Positions 49,816 through 63,639 of a DNA stretch of 64,000 bases are shown in pieces. The notes under the pieces were generated by a model. It saw only the letters and a program-made list of their open reading frames with translations. It was not told where the DNA came from and did not search any database. Source of the DNA: Hypanus sabinus. Its lineage: Eukaryota. Within the stretch, counting starts at the first letter, position 1. Each line of letters begins with the position of its first letter. The position numbers and the translations under genes are program-made. The stretch spans positions 20,770,001 to 20,834,000 of the forward strand of contig NC_082731.1 of the NCBI RefSeq assembly GCF_030144855.1, written 5' to 3'.

Positions 49816-50237
49816 AGGAAATAAAGCCTATATATAATAAGTGAGAACGAGTATGGATTTAGTGGGAAGTGCAGGATAGGTGGAATCACATAAGGGAAAA
49901 TGACTATGCTGAACCAGGTGAAAGGCCAGAAGGAATGCCATAGGTAAAGCGAGGAATAAAAAGCCCAGATGGATGAGCCCGTGGTGGTATGCAAATGATC
50001 TTAGCTGAAGGAACGTGGGCTTGTGTAGAAACTGTGGCTTTGTATTAGGTAGAACCTGGTAAGTAACAAATGGTGGGCCTATTTCAATCATCAATATCAA
50101 CTGCTTTCTCAGACCTTCCTTCAGTTTTATGACGGTAGACTGGTCTCTCTACTTTCTCTGAACTGATATGTGTATTCGGCATGCTCTGTTTTCATATCTG
50201 CAGACGTCAGTAAAAAATGAATTGTGTTATAGTTGCT

Positions 50238-50240
50238 CTG

Positions 50241-50284
<44 letters not shown>

Positions 50285-50370
50285 TCTCTCTCTCTCTCTC
50301 GCTCTCTCTCTCTCTCTCCATCTCTTTCTCACCTCCCCTTTCTGGCTCTTTCTCTTTCTCTCCCTCCTTC
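50238..50370. repeat. (CT)n microsatellite
   Basis: Direct reading. Confidence 0.95.
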
Positions 50371-51399
50371 ACGGCAGCAGGAATAATAACGGCGCTCAGC
50401 GCAATGGTTTTTTCTTCGGTTACGAGGCCGGGGGATAATGACGGAGCCTGGAAGGCTCAGTCAATAGAAGGGTCAGTCGACATCGATAGGTCAGAGAGCT
50501 GAAAAGCGGCAAGAGAGCAGGAACACCAGTACGCTCATACATCGTCCGACCAGACCAGTAGACCATTAATTCACTGGTCAACGTTAACTGACTAGAAAAC
50601 AAAATGGAATGACTGAGACTGAGACTGAAAGAAAATACTGAAATGCTGCATTCCGGTTTCCAAGGAAGTGTTATAACATCCTCGACTCGTTTTTTCAACA
50701 CGACGGAATCATTCTGTACTGCACGGATTGGAGTCCTAACGAGGAAATCCAAAGAAAGTGGCCTCTGCATATACATAAATAAAGTTTATTGCACCAAATC
50801 TCTCTAATGGTTAGCAGTCACCGTTCTATACCATTGAGCACTTTCCAAATAAATAGTCAATGAATATTCCGTGCTCTAGCGGTTTATCACCGTTGTGTCG
50901 TCATCGATGTCTGCACACCCGCGAGTCCTGGCGGACACGGTGCACTGGGAATCAGAACTTGACGAATCAAGCATTTGAATTATGTTTTTGGAAGTTCAGT
51001 AGATTTCAACATGATAATCTGCATGCCATTTTACTCAGAACCCCCCCAACAAAAAAAATTACCATAACCTTCAGTGTACATATAGATTATATTATATATA
51101 TAAGACACGGTACATACAAAACCACCAACGTTCTCATGTTGGCCACATGGACGACATATGCATCCATGACGTATGCAGGCAATCGGTTTGTTTCCCTACA
51201 TTTTGTCCGAAGTAATTGGCTGATGCTAAGGGAGATTGCCACACTAACATTGGGGAATAAGCCTGATCTGCCACTGTCTACTTCAGAAAGCGTGCATGTG
51301 ACGACGGTACCAGCTGGACGGTCATATCTTTGCCCAGCCAGCAGCAATTGGTGATGCAGAGTAGATTAATATAAAATACTGTCAGCGGACTTCGTTTTT

Positions 51400-52140
51400 A
51401 AAAAACGCATGCTGCCAACGCCAGGAACCAGAACTGTTCTCAGAGCTGCCGGAGGTTACTTCATCGTGTTCGTCAAGGGGGTAACAACAGTTTACGCTGA
51501 TAAAAATGAGTCAGGAAACCCTCTCAGTGAAAGATTCTCAAAGTATGTGGTGGGTTATCAAGGGCATTATGGAGTATGCGACGAAGAAGGAAAAAAAAAA
51601 CACGTCCATTGTACCAGTTACACCTTCTTTCCTGATGCTGTAAATAGCTTTAAAGCAAAATTCATGAATTCAACACAATAAAAAAAACAACCTGCTGCCC
51701 CATTCAAGTGTGCAGGCTGTCTGTAACAGCAGCAGACGTCAGAAGGAGTCAACACTGGAGAGCTGTGGCACCAGACAGCTTCCCAGGCAGAATACTCATG
51801 GTATGTGCAGTTTCTCATTAAGTCTTCAAGGAAATCCTTTAACACTTCATTAATCCAGCCTGCTGTCTCCACGTACTTTAAATCAGATAGATTTTAACTG
51901 CTCCAAGAAAATCTTCAAACTCAGTACTGAACTACTGCCGCCCGGCGGCAATAAAGACATTCATCGTGAAGTGTTTTAAACGGCTGTTCATCGCACACAT
52001 CAAAAACTCCATTCCTACACTTCACCGGACGCTCATTAATTGATGTTATAGTGTTTCTTTTGCATCTAGTTCGGAATTACCTGGAAAACATGAACACATC
52101 TCAAAATATTAACACACGCAGCATCCACGCCATCACGTAT
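51400..52140 (+). mobile_element. Old Rex1-type LINE fragment
   Basis: gcagacgtcagaaggagtcaacactggagagctgtggcaccagacagcttcccaggcag resembles 6020-6110. Confidence 0.65.
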
Positions 52141-52189
52141 AAACAGTTACTCCCCTCCCCCTTCCCCAAACCTCCAGGCTGGCGAATAA

Positions 52190-53670
52190 TATCAAATAAG
52201 ATACTAAAAGTGGTGTTAAGTATATTAAGGGGGAAAAGAGAGTTAAGGGTAGATATAAGACCATTAGAAAATGACGGTCGAGATATTGTAATAAGAAACG
52301 CAAAGATGGCAGAAGAATTGAATGAGTATTTTGCTTCACAGTGAAGTGGGTGCAGCAAAAATTACGACAGAAAATGCGTTCATGAAGCTTAATTGTCTCA
52401 GTTTGGATAATTCTCCTGGACCTGAAGGAATGCACCTCAGGGTATGAAGGAAATAGCTGCAGAGATTGCGAAGGCACTAAAATGATCTATCAAGAATCGA
52501 TAGCTTCTGGCTTTCTTCCGGATGAATGGAGAATTAGATATATTACTCAGCTATTAAAGAAGAATGTGAGGCAACAGAAAGGAAACGATAGACCTGCCAG
52601 CCTGATGTCAATGAATAGGACTTTGTTGGAATCGATTGTTAGGTATGAAAAGAGTACTTGGAAGCACATGAAGAGATAAGCCAAAATCAGCATGGTTTCC
52701 TGAAAGGAAAATCCTGCCTGACTAACGTACTGCAATGTTTGAGCACATTACAAGCGGGATAGAGAAAATAGATGTAGTAGATATGGTGTACTTACATTTT
52801 CAGAAGGCCTTTGACAAGATGCCGCACACAAGGCTGCGTAGAAAGATAGAGCCCCTGGAATTACCAGGAAGTTACTAGCATGACTGGAGCAATTGCTGAC
52901 CGGGAGAAAGTAAAGAGAAGGAATATTCTGGCTGGTTACTGGTTACCAGTACAGTTCAAGAGAGGTCGGTGTTGGGACGTTTGCATTATACGATGTATTG
53001 TATGTACGTGATTTGGAATATGGGATTAATGTATTTGCGCCTAAATATGGCGATGACGCAAACATAGGTGGAGGAGCGGATAGTGCTGAGGAAACAAACA
53101 GCCTCCAGAGACATAAATAGTTTAGAGGAAGGGGCCCATAAGTTGTAAATGAAATACGTGGTGGGATAAACTCACAGGCGGACTACTATTTAAATTGGCC
53201 GAAATTGAAAAATACAAAGATCTAAAGGTACTTGGGAGTCCATGTTCAGGATACCCTAAAGTTTAACCACCAGGTTGAGTCGGTGGTGAAGAAGGTGAAT
53301 GCAAAGTTTGCATTAGGGTTCTATAAGGCACTCGTGAGACCACACTTGGAGCATTGCGTGCAGTTTTGGGATCCTTATTTTAGAATTGATATGCTGACAT
53401 TGAACGAGGAGTTGTTGAGATAGTACTTCCGTCAGAGTGTGGTAAACCTGTGGAATTTCTGGCCACAAGCGGTTTTGGAAGGGGCAAGTCATTATGTACA
53501 TTAAAGGCAGAGATAGCTAGGTTCTTCATTAGCCAGGGTATCAAAGGCTATGTGGAGAGGGCAGGAGAATGGTGATAAATGGAGGAATTGGATAAGCCCA
53601 TGACTGAATGGCGGAGCAGATTTGATGGGCCTACTGGCCTACTCCTGTTCCTATAGTTTATGGCCTGAAC
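52190..53670 (+). mobile_element. Decayed CR1 ORF2 3' half
   Basis: MAEELNEYFAS, SPGPEGMH, VDMVYLHFQKAFDK, LVRPHLEHCVQFW; tail ggcctactcctgttcctat. Confidence 0.88.
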
Positions 53671-56600
53671 AGAAATGCCTTATGATTATGAAATAAATAG
53701 ATTGTTTTCTCTAGTGTTGCATTTTTTTGTTCTTAGCGAAGAATCGTTGGAATTACTCTCATTATTCTAACTTTAATTTGCCATACTTACCACAGAACGA
53801 GTGTTGTCCACATTGAATATATTCCCACCCAACTACTATCATTGATGACATAATACCTACACTCATAGCTATTTGGTTACTATCATAATACTTTGATCTG
53901 CACCTCCTGTAAAAATCTCGATTGTATCAAGGTAAGAGTTTTGAAAGGTAATTCGTTATTCTCTTGCTTAAGCGTATGAAATGCATGCACTAATAACATT
54001 CGCTTCTCCATCAGGTTTTAACACTTTGGAACACACTTAGGCCGAAATATACTCTGGCCACTCGCGGTGCCATCGTATTAAAAGACATTCGACACGAATC
54101 CCAGTAGAAGGCGTTGAAATAGAATCAGAATCATCCTCACAAAGAACTATCATCAGATTTCGGTTACAGATCGAGACAAATGATGCCAAAAATATGAGAG
54201 GTATGGTTACGGGGTAATTGTGCCACAAAGGAGATAATATCAGGCAGTAGTTCTCTCTGAAGTCGATTGCAGGCAGATTTTAGGGAGATCACATTTAATA
54301 TAAAAACGCTGAAACGAGCTAAAACATTTGAAACAAAATATTTCTTGCTCTCTCACTGGAGTCTGTTAATTTAGATTATCTTTGAATAAATTACAAATTT
54401 ATTGAGAGGATGATCGCGTTGATTATTTGTGTAAACATCTTTGAGAATTGAAAGAAACCCAGATTTGTACGCCAATGTGAAGGAGTAAATGGTGATCCTT
54501 TCAATCAGATCGCAGAAAATGTCTCGTCAGATTGTTACGAGAATTCGTCTCTTTTATAATGTGTCGTAGCTTCCAGTAGCTTTCAGTATTTGCAGATATT
54601 CATTACTGGTCAATCGATGGGAGAGGCTTTTCCAGCTCTTGCTGTTATCGTGTTGACCACTGAAAATGGTAGATTTGATATGCTTTATCTTCTTTGTTAC
54701 ATTGCACTTGCACACGAAGGTATACATTACTAAGTATGCCAAACGAGCTCGAACTCTGCAGTTATACACCGCGCTGTGGATACGTTTTTTATCGCGTAAA
54801 ATCATTACCTAATATAAAGAGTAAAATCCGGAAGTACAATAGCTCCAGCAGGTATATTTGTTTTTTCTAAGTCGACTGGATCTTCCTCCGGTATATTTAC
54901 TGCTAAACAAATTTTTAAAAAAATCCAGGCATCAGCACATTGAAGATTTGAGCTCTGCTCATTTTTTTCTGTTGATTCTCAAATATTTCTTTATAGAAAG
55001 TTTAAGCATATAACATTCAAATGATGTATCCGTTAACTGCAACGTTTTTAATTGTCTCAAAAGTTTACACAGGGAATGTTTCCTGATTGGTTTATAATTT
55101 CATCCCACTCTGTCCCTGATGTAAATATTACAGAGCCGCCTGGCGCATAATAAGTCAGTTGTGACAACCATTCCACTTGTACTTGGAGACTTCCTATTTT
55201 CACTTAAGTTTATATTCACAATAACAGTTTAAGGATGCATTTCTGTTCAGCCAGCCACACAACTCAGCTCTAATGAACAAGCTCAAAACCTGGGTCTCAT
55301 TTCCAACCTCTGTATCTGGATCAGAACTCTTCAACGTGCGACCACTGTATATACAAATTGGAAATAGGAAATCATCCTCACGAACGAGCAATCGTACTGC
55401 ACGATCGAGCTGTGCATTCAGGTTTGAACACAACTGTACCCATTTCATTTCCAGAATCAAGACTACCCACCAAATGGTGAAGTTGCCACAAGAAGCACTA
55501 AAATGTTCTTGATATAATGGGAAGACATTGCAGGATCCTCCAGGTACGACTTGCAACAGAAGCTATCTGTCATTTGAGCGACCGACTGTTGCGCCGATTC
55601 GCAATAATCTATATAGACGCACTAGATATTAACTCAATAAAAATGCTAAGAAAAGGTGCAATACACTTGAGTTATCAACATAACAGCCCCAACTGTTAAT
55701 ACTGCGCAGTTTGGTGACCTTACATAAGCTTGGGAATTACAAAACCCATCTCAATTATGACTGGATGGCCTCTGTCGAATGGAAGACTGTGACAAACATC
55801 AGCACAATTAGGAAACGCTATGTCTTTAATATTTTCTCTAGTATTGGAATGATAACCTTCATATTGCTTATTGTTTATTTTTCCAGTAACACAAAACATA
55901 GCTTTCCAGCACAAAGTACTTGTTTCAGAATAAAAGGTTGATTATTATTCACGTAAAGAATATCAGCAAAATGAGTGTACAAGCATTAAGGTAATCACCT
56001 AGGTGAAGATGTATTGCCGAATTCATGAAAACGTCCAGTACTGTGTCTGCTGTCGATCGGCTAAAATTGTCAATTGAACAGGGGACAATTTTACGACATA
56101 TCACATGACAAGTACATTTTCATGAACTGTGAAAATGCACTTTCGGTTCAACTAAGATATTAATACCAACGATCGTGCATATCCTATAAGGCAATTTTAT
56201 TGGATATTCATTCTAAAATTTCAATACTCTTGATATAATTACCACAGTCTAAAATCTAAATGATGAGTTGCTTAGAGACTTTTACTGTAAATGTTGCAAA
56301 TACAAGTACAATGCTCCACTCTATTGGACTCGTGGCGTCAACACTGCTCAGAATTATGTATGGAAGGTTTCAAAAGATTCAAAAGTACATTTAATGTCAG
56401 AGAAATGTATACAATGTACATCTAAGTATTTTTGTCATAAACATACACGAAAGCAGAGGGGTGCCCCACAGAATGAATGAGAGTTGCATGCTACAACCCG
56501 AAATCACCACCCCCTGCACCCCGCCATCTCCCTTCTCCCACGGTTAAGCACCAGAGTGCAACGATCTCTCGCCCCCGCAACAGCGAAACAGCGTCGGCAC

Positions 56601-57966
56601 CCTTCACTGGACACTCAAGCATGCAACAAAACTTAATTGAAGACACAGATTTGAAGTACCCAAAGACTATTCATTTACAGGGTAATTCCACTTACCACAG
56701 AGTCTCTCTCGTCCTAATAAGTGAAACAGAGATGTCTGACGTTCACAGCGAGAAAGGAAACATAGCAAGCAACTCATTGAATTCCGATGTTAAACGGCCG
56801 TTGCGCCGCTTTTTCCGACCTCTGTGCCCAATGATCTCGGGTCTCTTGGCACACAGCCAGATATCTTCCGTCTCCCACGACACAACAATTTCCTGCATTG
56901 GCACAGATTCGAGGCCTCTCACAAACAGCCATGAAATTCCAAAATACCGAAGGCTTGCTAATCTGCTTGGCAGCGTTCCTGGCATACAGGATAACGGCCA
57001 GTCCTGCAAACCCGAGATCCGGACCCATTCCCACAACGACCCGACGACAGCGTGTAACCCCAGGCTGGGACTAAAAAGAACCCTGAAAGCGAAAACATAG
57101 AGATATTAACCATAGAAATATAGCTGTTTCCGAAGATGCAACCAAAGGAATCATTGTCTCCAACGCTCCACCTGCGCATCAAGTGACCTAATTTCTGAGA
57201 GCAAGCGCCATTCATGTTTGAATGACAGATGAGTTCAACCAAATATATTGCTACTTTATACTCTTTTTTTAATGAGAACGAAATTAAATCTGTCCAGAGA
57301 CACAGTGGATCGTGTCTTGGAATCAACACTAGCGGTATATTTCGAATAACTAACTCGGAGGATTCAATTACACTCAGCTTTTATTTATATCGGGAACAAT
57401 CTGACGCTGGGATTTACATAGGTGGGCCACTCGCGTGGTAATAAAATAATCAACCACATAATGCACAACTTTCCTCCGAAGTTCAATTAAATCTTCAGCT
57501 GAAATCAAAAGACACATGATTTCTTCTGAGTGATATCACCGAACAATAACTTCTTCAACGTTTCGAAGAATAATGTTGATTAGGATATGTGGGATTCTTG
57601 TTCGAGAGCTTGGTCCCTTTCTATGTCAAAATAAACTTTAATTGGATTAATGCATTCGTACTGATTATTGTGGCAGCTCCAGATATGAAAGGTGAATATT
57701 CAGTGAAATCAAATACCACATAAGAATCACTTAAATTGAAGTGATTTCTCTCACAGTTACAGCCATCGAAGAGCAATAGAATTCATTGCCAATGCCAACT
57801 GGATATATCACTAGTGCGAAAAATTAACTAGTTAGTTTCATATGAAACTGTGTCATCATATGATATTCTATGAAACATAAGACTAAGCCTTTGGGATTCA
57901 GTTTGCATTTATGTTCGCCTTGATTTGTTCGCCCTCTATTGAGCCCTCGAGGAAACTGTGAAAGAG

Positions 57967-58004
57967 GGTTTTTGTTCGAATAATTCGGGTTTTTAAGCAC
58001 CGTG
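57967..58004 (-). promoter_or_regulatory. RSS of the minus-strand V (22-nt spacer)
   Basis: CACGGTG (58004-57998), 22 nt, ACAAAAACC (57975-57967; consensus nonamer). Confidence 0.92.
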
Positions 58005-58481
58005 GCTCATCGCGCAGATGTAGGTGGCCGAGTCAGACAGCTTGGTGTTGTTAATCGACAGTTCAGTATATTTTTTAATTTTATCATAGGAAGCAAATAA
58101 TCGGTCGGTTACATGTTCATTTCGGTATACTGTTCCTGTGATAATCCGAATTATATACTGTGGTCGCTGTCCAGTGCGCTGCCTGTACCAGAAAACATTC
58201 GGGAATGAATCACTCGTTTGCAAAGTACAGTTTAGGGTAATACTTCTTTCTTCTTCAAACGTCATTGCATCTACTGACTGTTCCACTGAGTCTTGAAGGC
58301 TCCAGTCTAACAGTAAAATAAAAAATAAAACATCAAAAGCTGTACTTCGAACAACATGCTACTTAAATAGAGAGCAAAACACGCGGTTACAGAGAATTAA
58401 AAAGTCTGGAATAATACAGTGAAGGAGCATCTTACCCAGAAGAAACACAATAATGAGGACCTGCGTGAGGCAGTTCGCCAT
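58005..58481 (-). CDS. TCR alpha/delta-type V segment (family C), apparently functional
   Basis: Leader 58481-58436, intron 58435-58307, exon 58306-58005. Product MANCLTQVLIIVFLL/DWSLQDSVEQSVDAMTFEEERSITLNCTLQTSDSFPNVFWYRQRTGQRPQYIIRIITGTVYRNEHVTDRLFASYDKIKKYTELSINNTKLSDSATYICAMS. Confidence 0.93.
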
Positions 58482-59959
58482 ATTCACTCTGTGTCTGTAC
58501 TTCCCTGACTCCAGCTGGAAACTCATTGCCAGAGGAGAAAAACACTTATCTTGTCCAATTCGACCAATCACAAGAGGCAACGCAAGGTGTTAAATCTCCA
58601 ATTACACAATACAAAAAGGGCGTTCAGTCGTAATGCAGGAAATGAAATTTCGCAGAAGTGCAGAACATAGGAGTCAAGTACTCTGTGAGCGAAACGCCAC
58701 TCATCGGCGAATGAATGCAGGGCAGGCAGCAATTCTCGTGGAGAAGACTGTCAACAAATTGCGATTGCTCATCGAAGCAGATGGTGCGAGCAGATTTAAA
58801 GGGACAGTAATGAAGCCGGAGTGCAGGAAAAGATAAAATTGCAGTCTTTACTCTTCTTCGTCATGGATAACTGGCAGAACGTAGAGAATTGATCTGAAAA
58901 GCAGAAATGAGCAAGCAGCAATGGGCACGATATTTGGATGTAGCACATGCAGCCTATGCTAACTACTTTTCTCTGAATAACTTATCAATTCATTTCGCGG
59001 ATGGAAGTGTGACCGTTTGTGTATCTGTTGAGAAGTGAAGAAGACACGGACTTGAATGTAACAGCGACAGAAACAAAGAAGATATATTCCCCCAGATGTC
59101 ATCAAAGCTTTTGTAATTCTCTCACGAGAAGTGTTTCTTCTTCGATTATCGTAGAAGCTTCCACGCCAGATGGGTTTCCGTCTTTTATAACTGTGGACAA
59201 ACAAAACTCGCGGATTTGATGAAGCGTTTTCTTTTACCGCCAGAACCAGGACTGAAAATTCCCGATGATCAAGTTGCTCAACATCAAACTAATGGGTATT
59301 AAAGTTCGATGGATGTACGTAGATATATATGTCAGGACATAAGCAATATCTCCTTTCGGAGAAAGTTGAAATTATTCAGCAAATTTCCCACCTAACATAT
59401 AAATTTATCATGCTCCTATTTTCTGAGGTAGAGACTCTGAAATAAACAAATAAAACGAGAACGACATTTTGTTTCTTGCGATTGTTCTGCAGTATATGAT
59501 GTTGAACCATCCCAGTGGACGTTTCCGCAGGGTTGATTAATGACTCACAAGTCGTAAAGTTCAAAATCCAAGTCCCTAAAATTGGGAACAGAGGCATGTG
59601 ACGACTTGGCCTTGGGTTGTTGGCTGTGCCGTTCATCATCGGCAAGAATACAAGCGATTTTTAATTATGATAAAATGTCGTGGTATGAGAAGTAAACAAA
59701 ATTCCCACTAAGAGAGGCATATTTGAAGAATGTACAGCAATTTTATTGACCCCAATCCTGGATTGTATGACCGTGAGTAATATCCTAAACAGATGATGTA
59801 TTCAAACTGTGATGATCTCGAATCAGGGGTATCGAAAGTTGAATCCATCTCGACTTGAGATTTAATATCTCAGATATCCTTATACTTGGATTTAAAAAAC
59901 AACTTTTTCACCTAAATTTTAAATCATTTTATGAATTAGAGACGATTTCATACTCTGCA

Positions 59960-60290
59960 TATGCTATGAAAAGAAACAGATTGAGAGGAATTCAAACGAG
60001 AGGACATGATTTGAGATTTAGGGGGTAAAAGTTTAAGGGAAACACGAGGGGGTATTTCCTTACTCAGAGAGAGATAGCTGTGTGGAATGAGCTTCCTGTA
60101 GAAGTAGTGGAGACCAGTTCAGTTGTGTCATTTCAGGTAAAATTGGATAGATATATGGACAGGAAAGGAGTGGAGGTTTATGGGCTGAGTGCGGGTAGGT
60201 GGGACTAGGTGAGATTAAGAGTTCAGCACGGACTAGGAGGGCCGAGATGGCCTGTTTCCATGTTGTGATTGTTATATGGTTACATGGAAT
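59960..60290 (+). mobile_element. CR1 3' end
   Basis: gaggacatgatttgagatttagggggtaaaag..ttactcagaga..tggaatgagcttcc..gggccgagatggcctgttt. Confidence 0.85.
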
Positions 60291-60439
60291 AAGGTGAAGT
60301 TGTTCCTGTAAAATCAGAAATGGTATGTTGTGCGAGACATACAGTGGTGCTGTCTCATTCTTTATGATACGACGTTATTCTAATGATTCGATGTGTTCAG
60401 TGCTGCGAGACATCAGCGTGTTTTTTCTCTCATTTTAAA

Positions 60440-60740
60440 CATATAACCGGACTGATCAATGCCGGATCAATAACACCGCAAAAGGCATCGTTCACCTGGA
60501 CCAAAAATGAAATAACGTCACTGCATCTTTTTCCTTCAATTTATAATTTATCCGCAATTATCGGGACAGACAACCGGAGTTTGCCGTATGGTGACCAGCT
60601 ACAAGAGTCTGTGAACATCTGGCTTAATTCACTAATGGTCGTTTTGCTGATACGGTCCAGTTGTTGTGAAGGAGCAGCAACTGACTATGGCACCTGTGCA
60701 GCTGACTGACTCCGCACGGTATTTCCGTGTGGAGATGAAA
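60440..60740 (+). pseudogene. Old V relic
   Basis: CAG CTG ACT GAC TCC GCA CGG TAT TTC (QLTDSARYF, Cys codon mutated), preceded by VLLIR. No RSS found. Confidence 0.4.
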
Positions 60741-61324
60741 TTAAGAGAAAGTGGATGAGTCCTCTCACAGCTACTGCGCACATTTCTGCATTACGGCTCT
60801 GTTTCAAACAGTGTCAAACGCACATGGGCCACTAAACAGGAAGCAGAGCCTTTGAACTTTATTGCAACTGCTTCAGTGGGTCTTACATATAAGGTAATAT
60901 GTAATATAAAGTAATTCGTTAAAAGGTAACAATAAAATGATATATCTGAGAGTAATTACCACGAGTTATTAATCAATCAATATTCATTATGATACTTGAT
61001 GTTGCAGGTTTCTTTAGTATCAAGTTACACATTGCGAAGAAAGGTAATACTAAATATCGCACTTTCTGTCGTAGGAATAAGAATGCATTGTCAAATAACT
61101 CAGTCTAACGTATTAGCACCTGGTGTCGTATGAAGCGATTTTATGTCTGCGTTCTTCCGTTACTTCTGCAGCTGCCTGTATGAAATTTTGTGAAGGCGAT
61201 AAAGTGCTCAGTAATTGTCATGAATTTTGTCAGACGACCACAATAAAAAAAGGACGTCGGAACCAGTTTCAGAGAATTTGCTGTAATATGGAGTGAATTT
61301 GTAAATCTTTAAATAGGATCACGT

Positions 61325-61520
61325 ACAAGGTCACTGCATGCTCATCATTAATAAGACACGATCAAATATTGTGGCGACGTCCACTTTAATGCAAACCTAT
61401 GATAAAAGCAACATAACGCGTCCTCAGTTTCAAAAATGAAAGAGAACTTGAAACAAACATCCACAAGATAAGACAGCATCTGTGCAGTGCGAAGATTGTG
61501 CTATTCATTGTATACCGAAT
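61325..61520 (+). pseudogene. Old V relic with Valpha/delta-like FR3 motifs
   Basis: ILWRRP, MQTYDKSNIT R..FQK and SVQCEDCAIHC in the expected order (compare Q.SYD..N.TEGRYS.NFQK..S.Q..DSA.Y.C). No RSS found. Confidence 0.4.
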
Positions 61521-63639
61521 AACTATTGCAATCTATTACAATCCAGTGTAATGTACAGAGTGAGTGACCAGAGTGCATCAGAGACCCGACTAAATAAAAT
61601 AAATTCTTAGAGATTTCTGCAGCATAAAAGAGGATTAACTAACATACCGCAATTAATCTAATATTAGCAGGCATTTTGAGAATGTTTTCGTAGAAATATT
61701 TGTTATTTTCACTCATTTAACTGCGCCTAAACTCCATTTTGACGCACATTTAATGAATGGATTTCATATGTCCTCTCAGTTAGGCAGATCTGGAAAATGA
61801 AAAATCAAGCATTTATGAAGTTAACACCAGTTACCTCGTCACTGTTTCATTTTCTGTTTTGACGAAGCATTCCATCTCAAGAACCCAAGAAACATGAAAA
61901 TATGCTTAATATGTCAAGCAACTTGAAGAAAGTCTGATTTCCTTTATCTACTATTGGGCTATTACAACAAACAAACGGGAAAATAAAGTTTGCATCAGAA
62001 AATGACAACTTCCCAAATGAAATACGGCATTCATAGTGAATATAACTCAGTCGGGAAGAGAATAAGCTCCCTCGATTTAGAATTAATTATTTATTTTTCA
62101 TCTAAATGCTCTAGATTTTTATTTCTTTCTCTGCTGTTTTCTCTTTCTCTTTTTTTTAAATTACAATATCTATCGATCCGCTGGAAAATGTCCAGGTAAA
62201 TTTTGAGTAAACTGTTAATGCAATGATGCAGCTTTGATCTACCAAGTAGACATTGCTGTTGTTTTTTTTTCCCCCAGGCGTCCAATAGGCAGCGTGTATG
62301 AATTATAGATAGTGGCCAGCATTTTTTGGTTTCATACTCTAAGCTTACCTTTCAGGTTGAATAAATAGTATATCAATAAATATCTGAGAACAAACAAAAA
62401 TAACTAACCTACTGAATAAGTAGCATAAATTGATAAATAAATAAACACATTAACGGATTCGAGGTACATGAATAAATAGATTGTTTAAATAAATAAATGA
62501 ATTATTGAGGAAATAGATAGATAGCTCTGTAGATAAAGAGATAAGGATAAATCAGCAAGCAGGCAAATAAACAAGTAAGTTTTGACGTTTAAAACAATTC
62601 ACCAGATACTGTGTCTCATGATTCACTGCATGACTCAACTACCCTCAGAGGGTGAGACTATTCTGGAACATTCCGAGGCGTTACTGAATTGAGAAGTTAC
62701 TCACACTTCCAGTCAGTCGGGCTTTACTGTTCAAACATTTGTACCGGCTGGACCATCACTCTCCTTCCGAATAATATTGTGTAGCTGGTACTTGTGGTCC
62801 ATGACTAATTTCTTTCAAATGATCTTTCAAAACATAATGTTCTCATTGCATTCTTCTGTTCATATTATGAAATCTGTATTCAGTATTTAAGACGTGCAGA
62901 AATATAAAATTTGGGATCGAAAAGGAAAATTGAAACCAACAAACATTTAGTAAACTTATCCGTTTCCTGCTGTTAACAGATTCGCGACGCATGACTTGGA
63001 GTGCCGCGAGCGTAACGGAAGAATTGCTCAACTAAGTTGCAATCCATTTATGCTTCTGAACACACTTACCCACCTACACTTTCACTATGAACACTATGAA
63101 ATCAATTCAAATATGGCAAAACAGAGGACGTGTAATCGGATATGTTATTGCAGTGAATGATTGCTTTACCTTTTCACACGGAAAAGATTAACGATTAGAG
63201 GCATTTTTGAAGCAGCTTCCGGCATGCATTGTAATCAGTTTCATCGGTTCTGTAAAAATACAAATAGGTGGGGATTTAATTGAATTTATCTGTCATCCAT
63301 TTGCGTTGGATAAATTGTTTAAGAATAGAAATTCATCCTGACTTCTCACCGAGTATTTAATTTGCAGCGTATGCCCATTCTTATTTATTTACTTATTTCC
63401 TTATTGGTTGCTTGATACTTATAAATTTCTTGAACTACAATGAGGGATTTACCCTTTTTGCTCTTCAAGGTTCGCAGTCTGGCATTCATCGGATTTAATC
63501 CTAGCCATATTAAGTTATTATTTACAATAAGGAATCAGCCTATCAAAGCATACCAGACCTTCAGCTGTTGGAGGAAACCATGCGCCCGAAATAAATGCCA
63601 CGTGGTCCGGGGAGAAAGACAGACGGATAGACAGACATA

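Noticed and set aside
50365-50640. Minus-strand TGVPA..TLLLTEP and SAV.. words resembling a light-chain or TCR V
   Set aside because: The motifs are in inconsistent frames and positions, with no leader or RSS.
55140-55200. Minus-strand ..TD LLCAR resembling the IgH DTAVYYCAR end
   Set aside because: No heptamer follows and no upstream V framework was found.
56477-57100. 207-aa plus-strand ORF, and possible V-like words on the minus strand (KRPEII, NGRLTSEF, SDISV)
   Set aside because: The ORF has no recognisable domain. The minus-strand motifs are not correctly spaced and lack the canonical Cys and an RSS, so neither reading can be supported.
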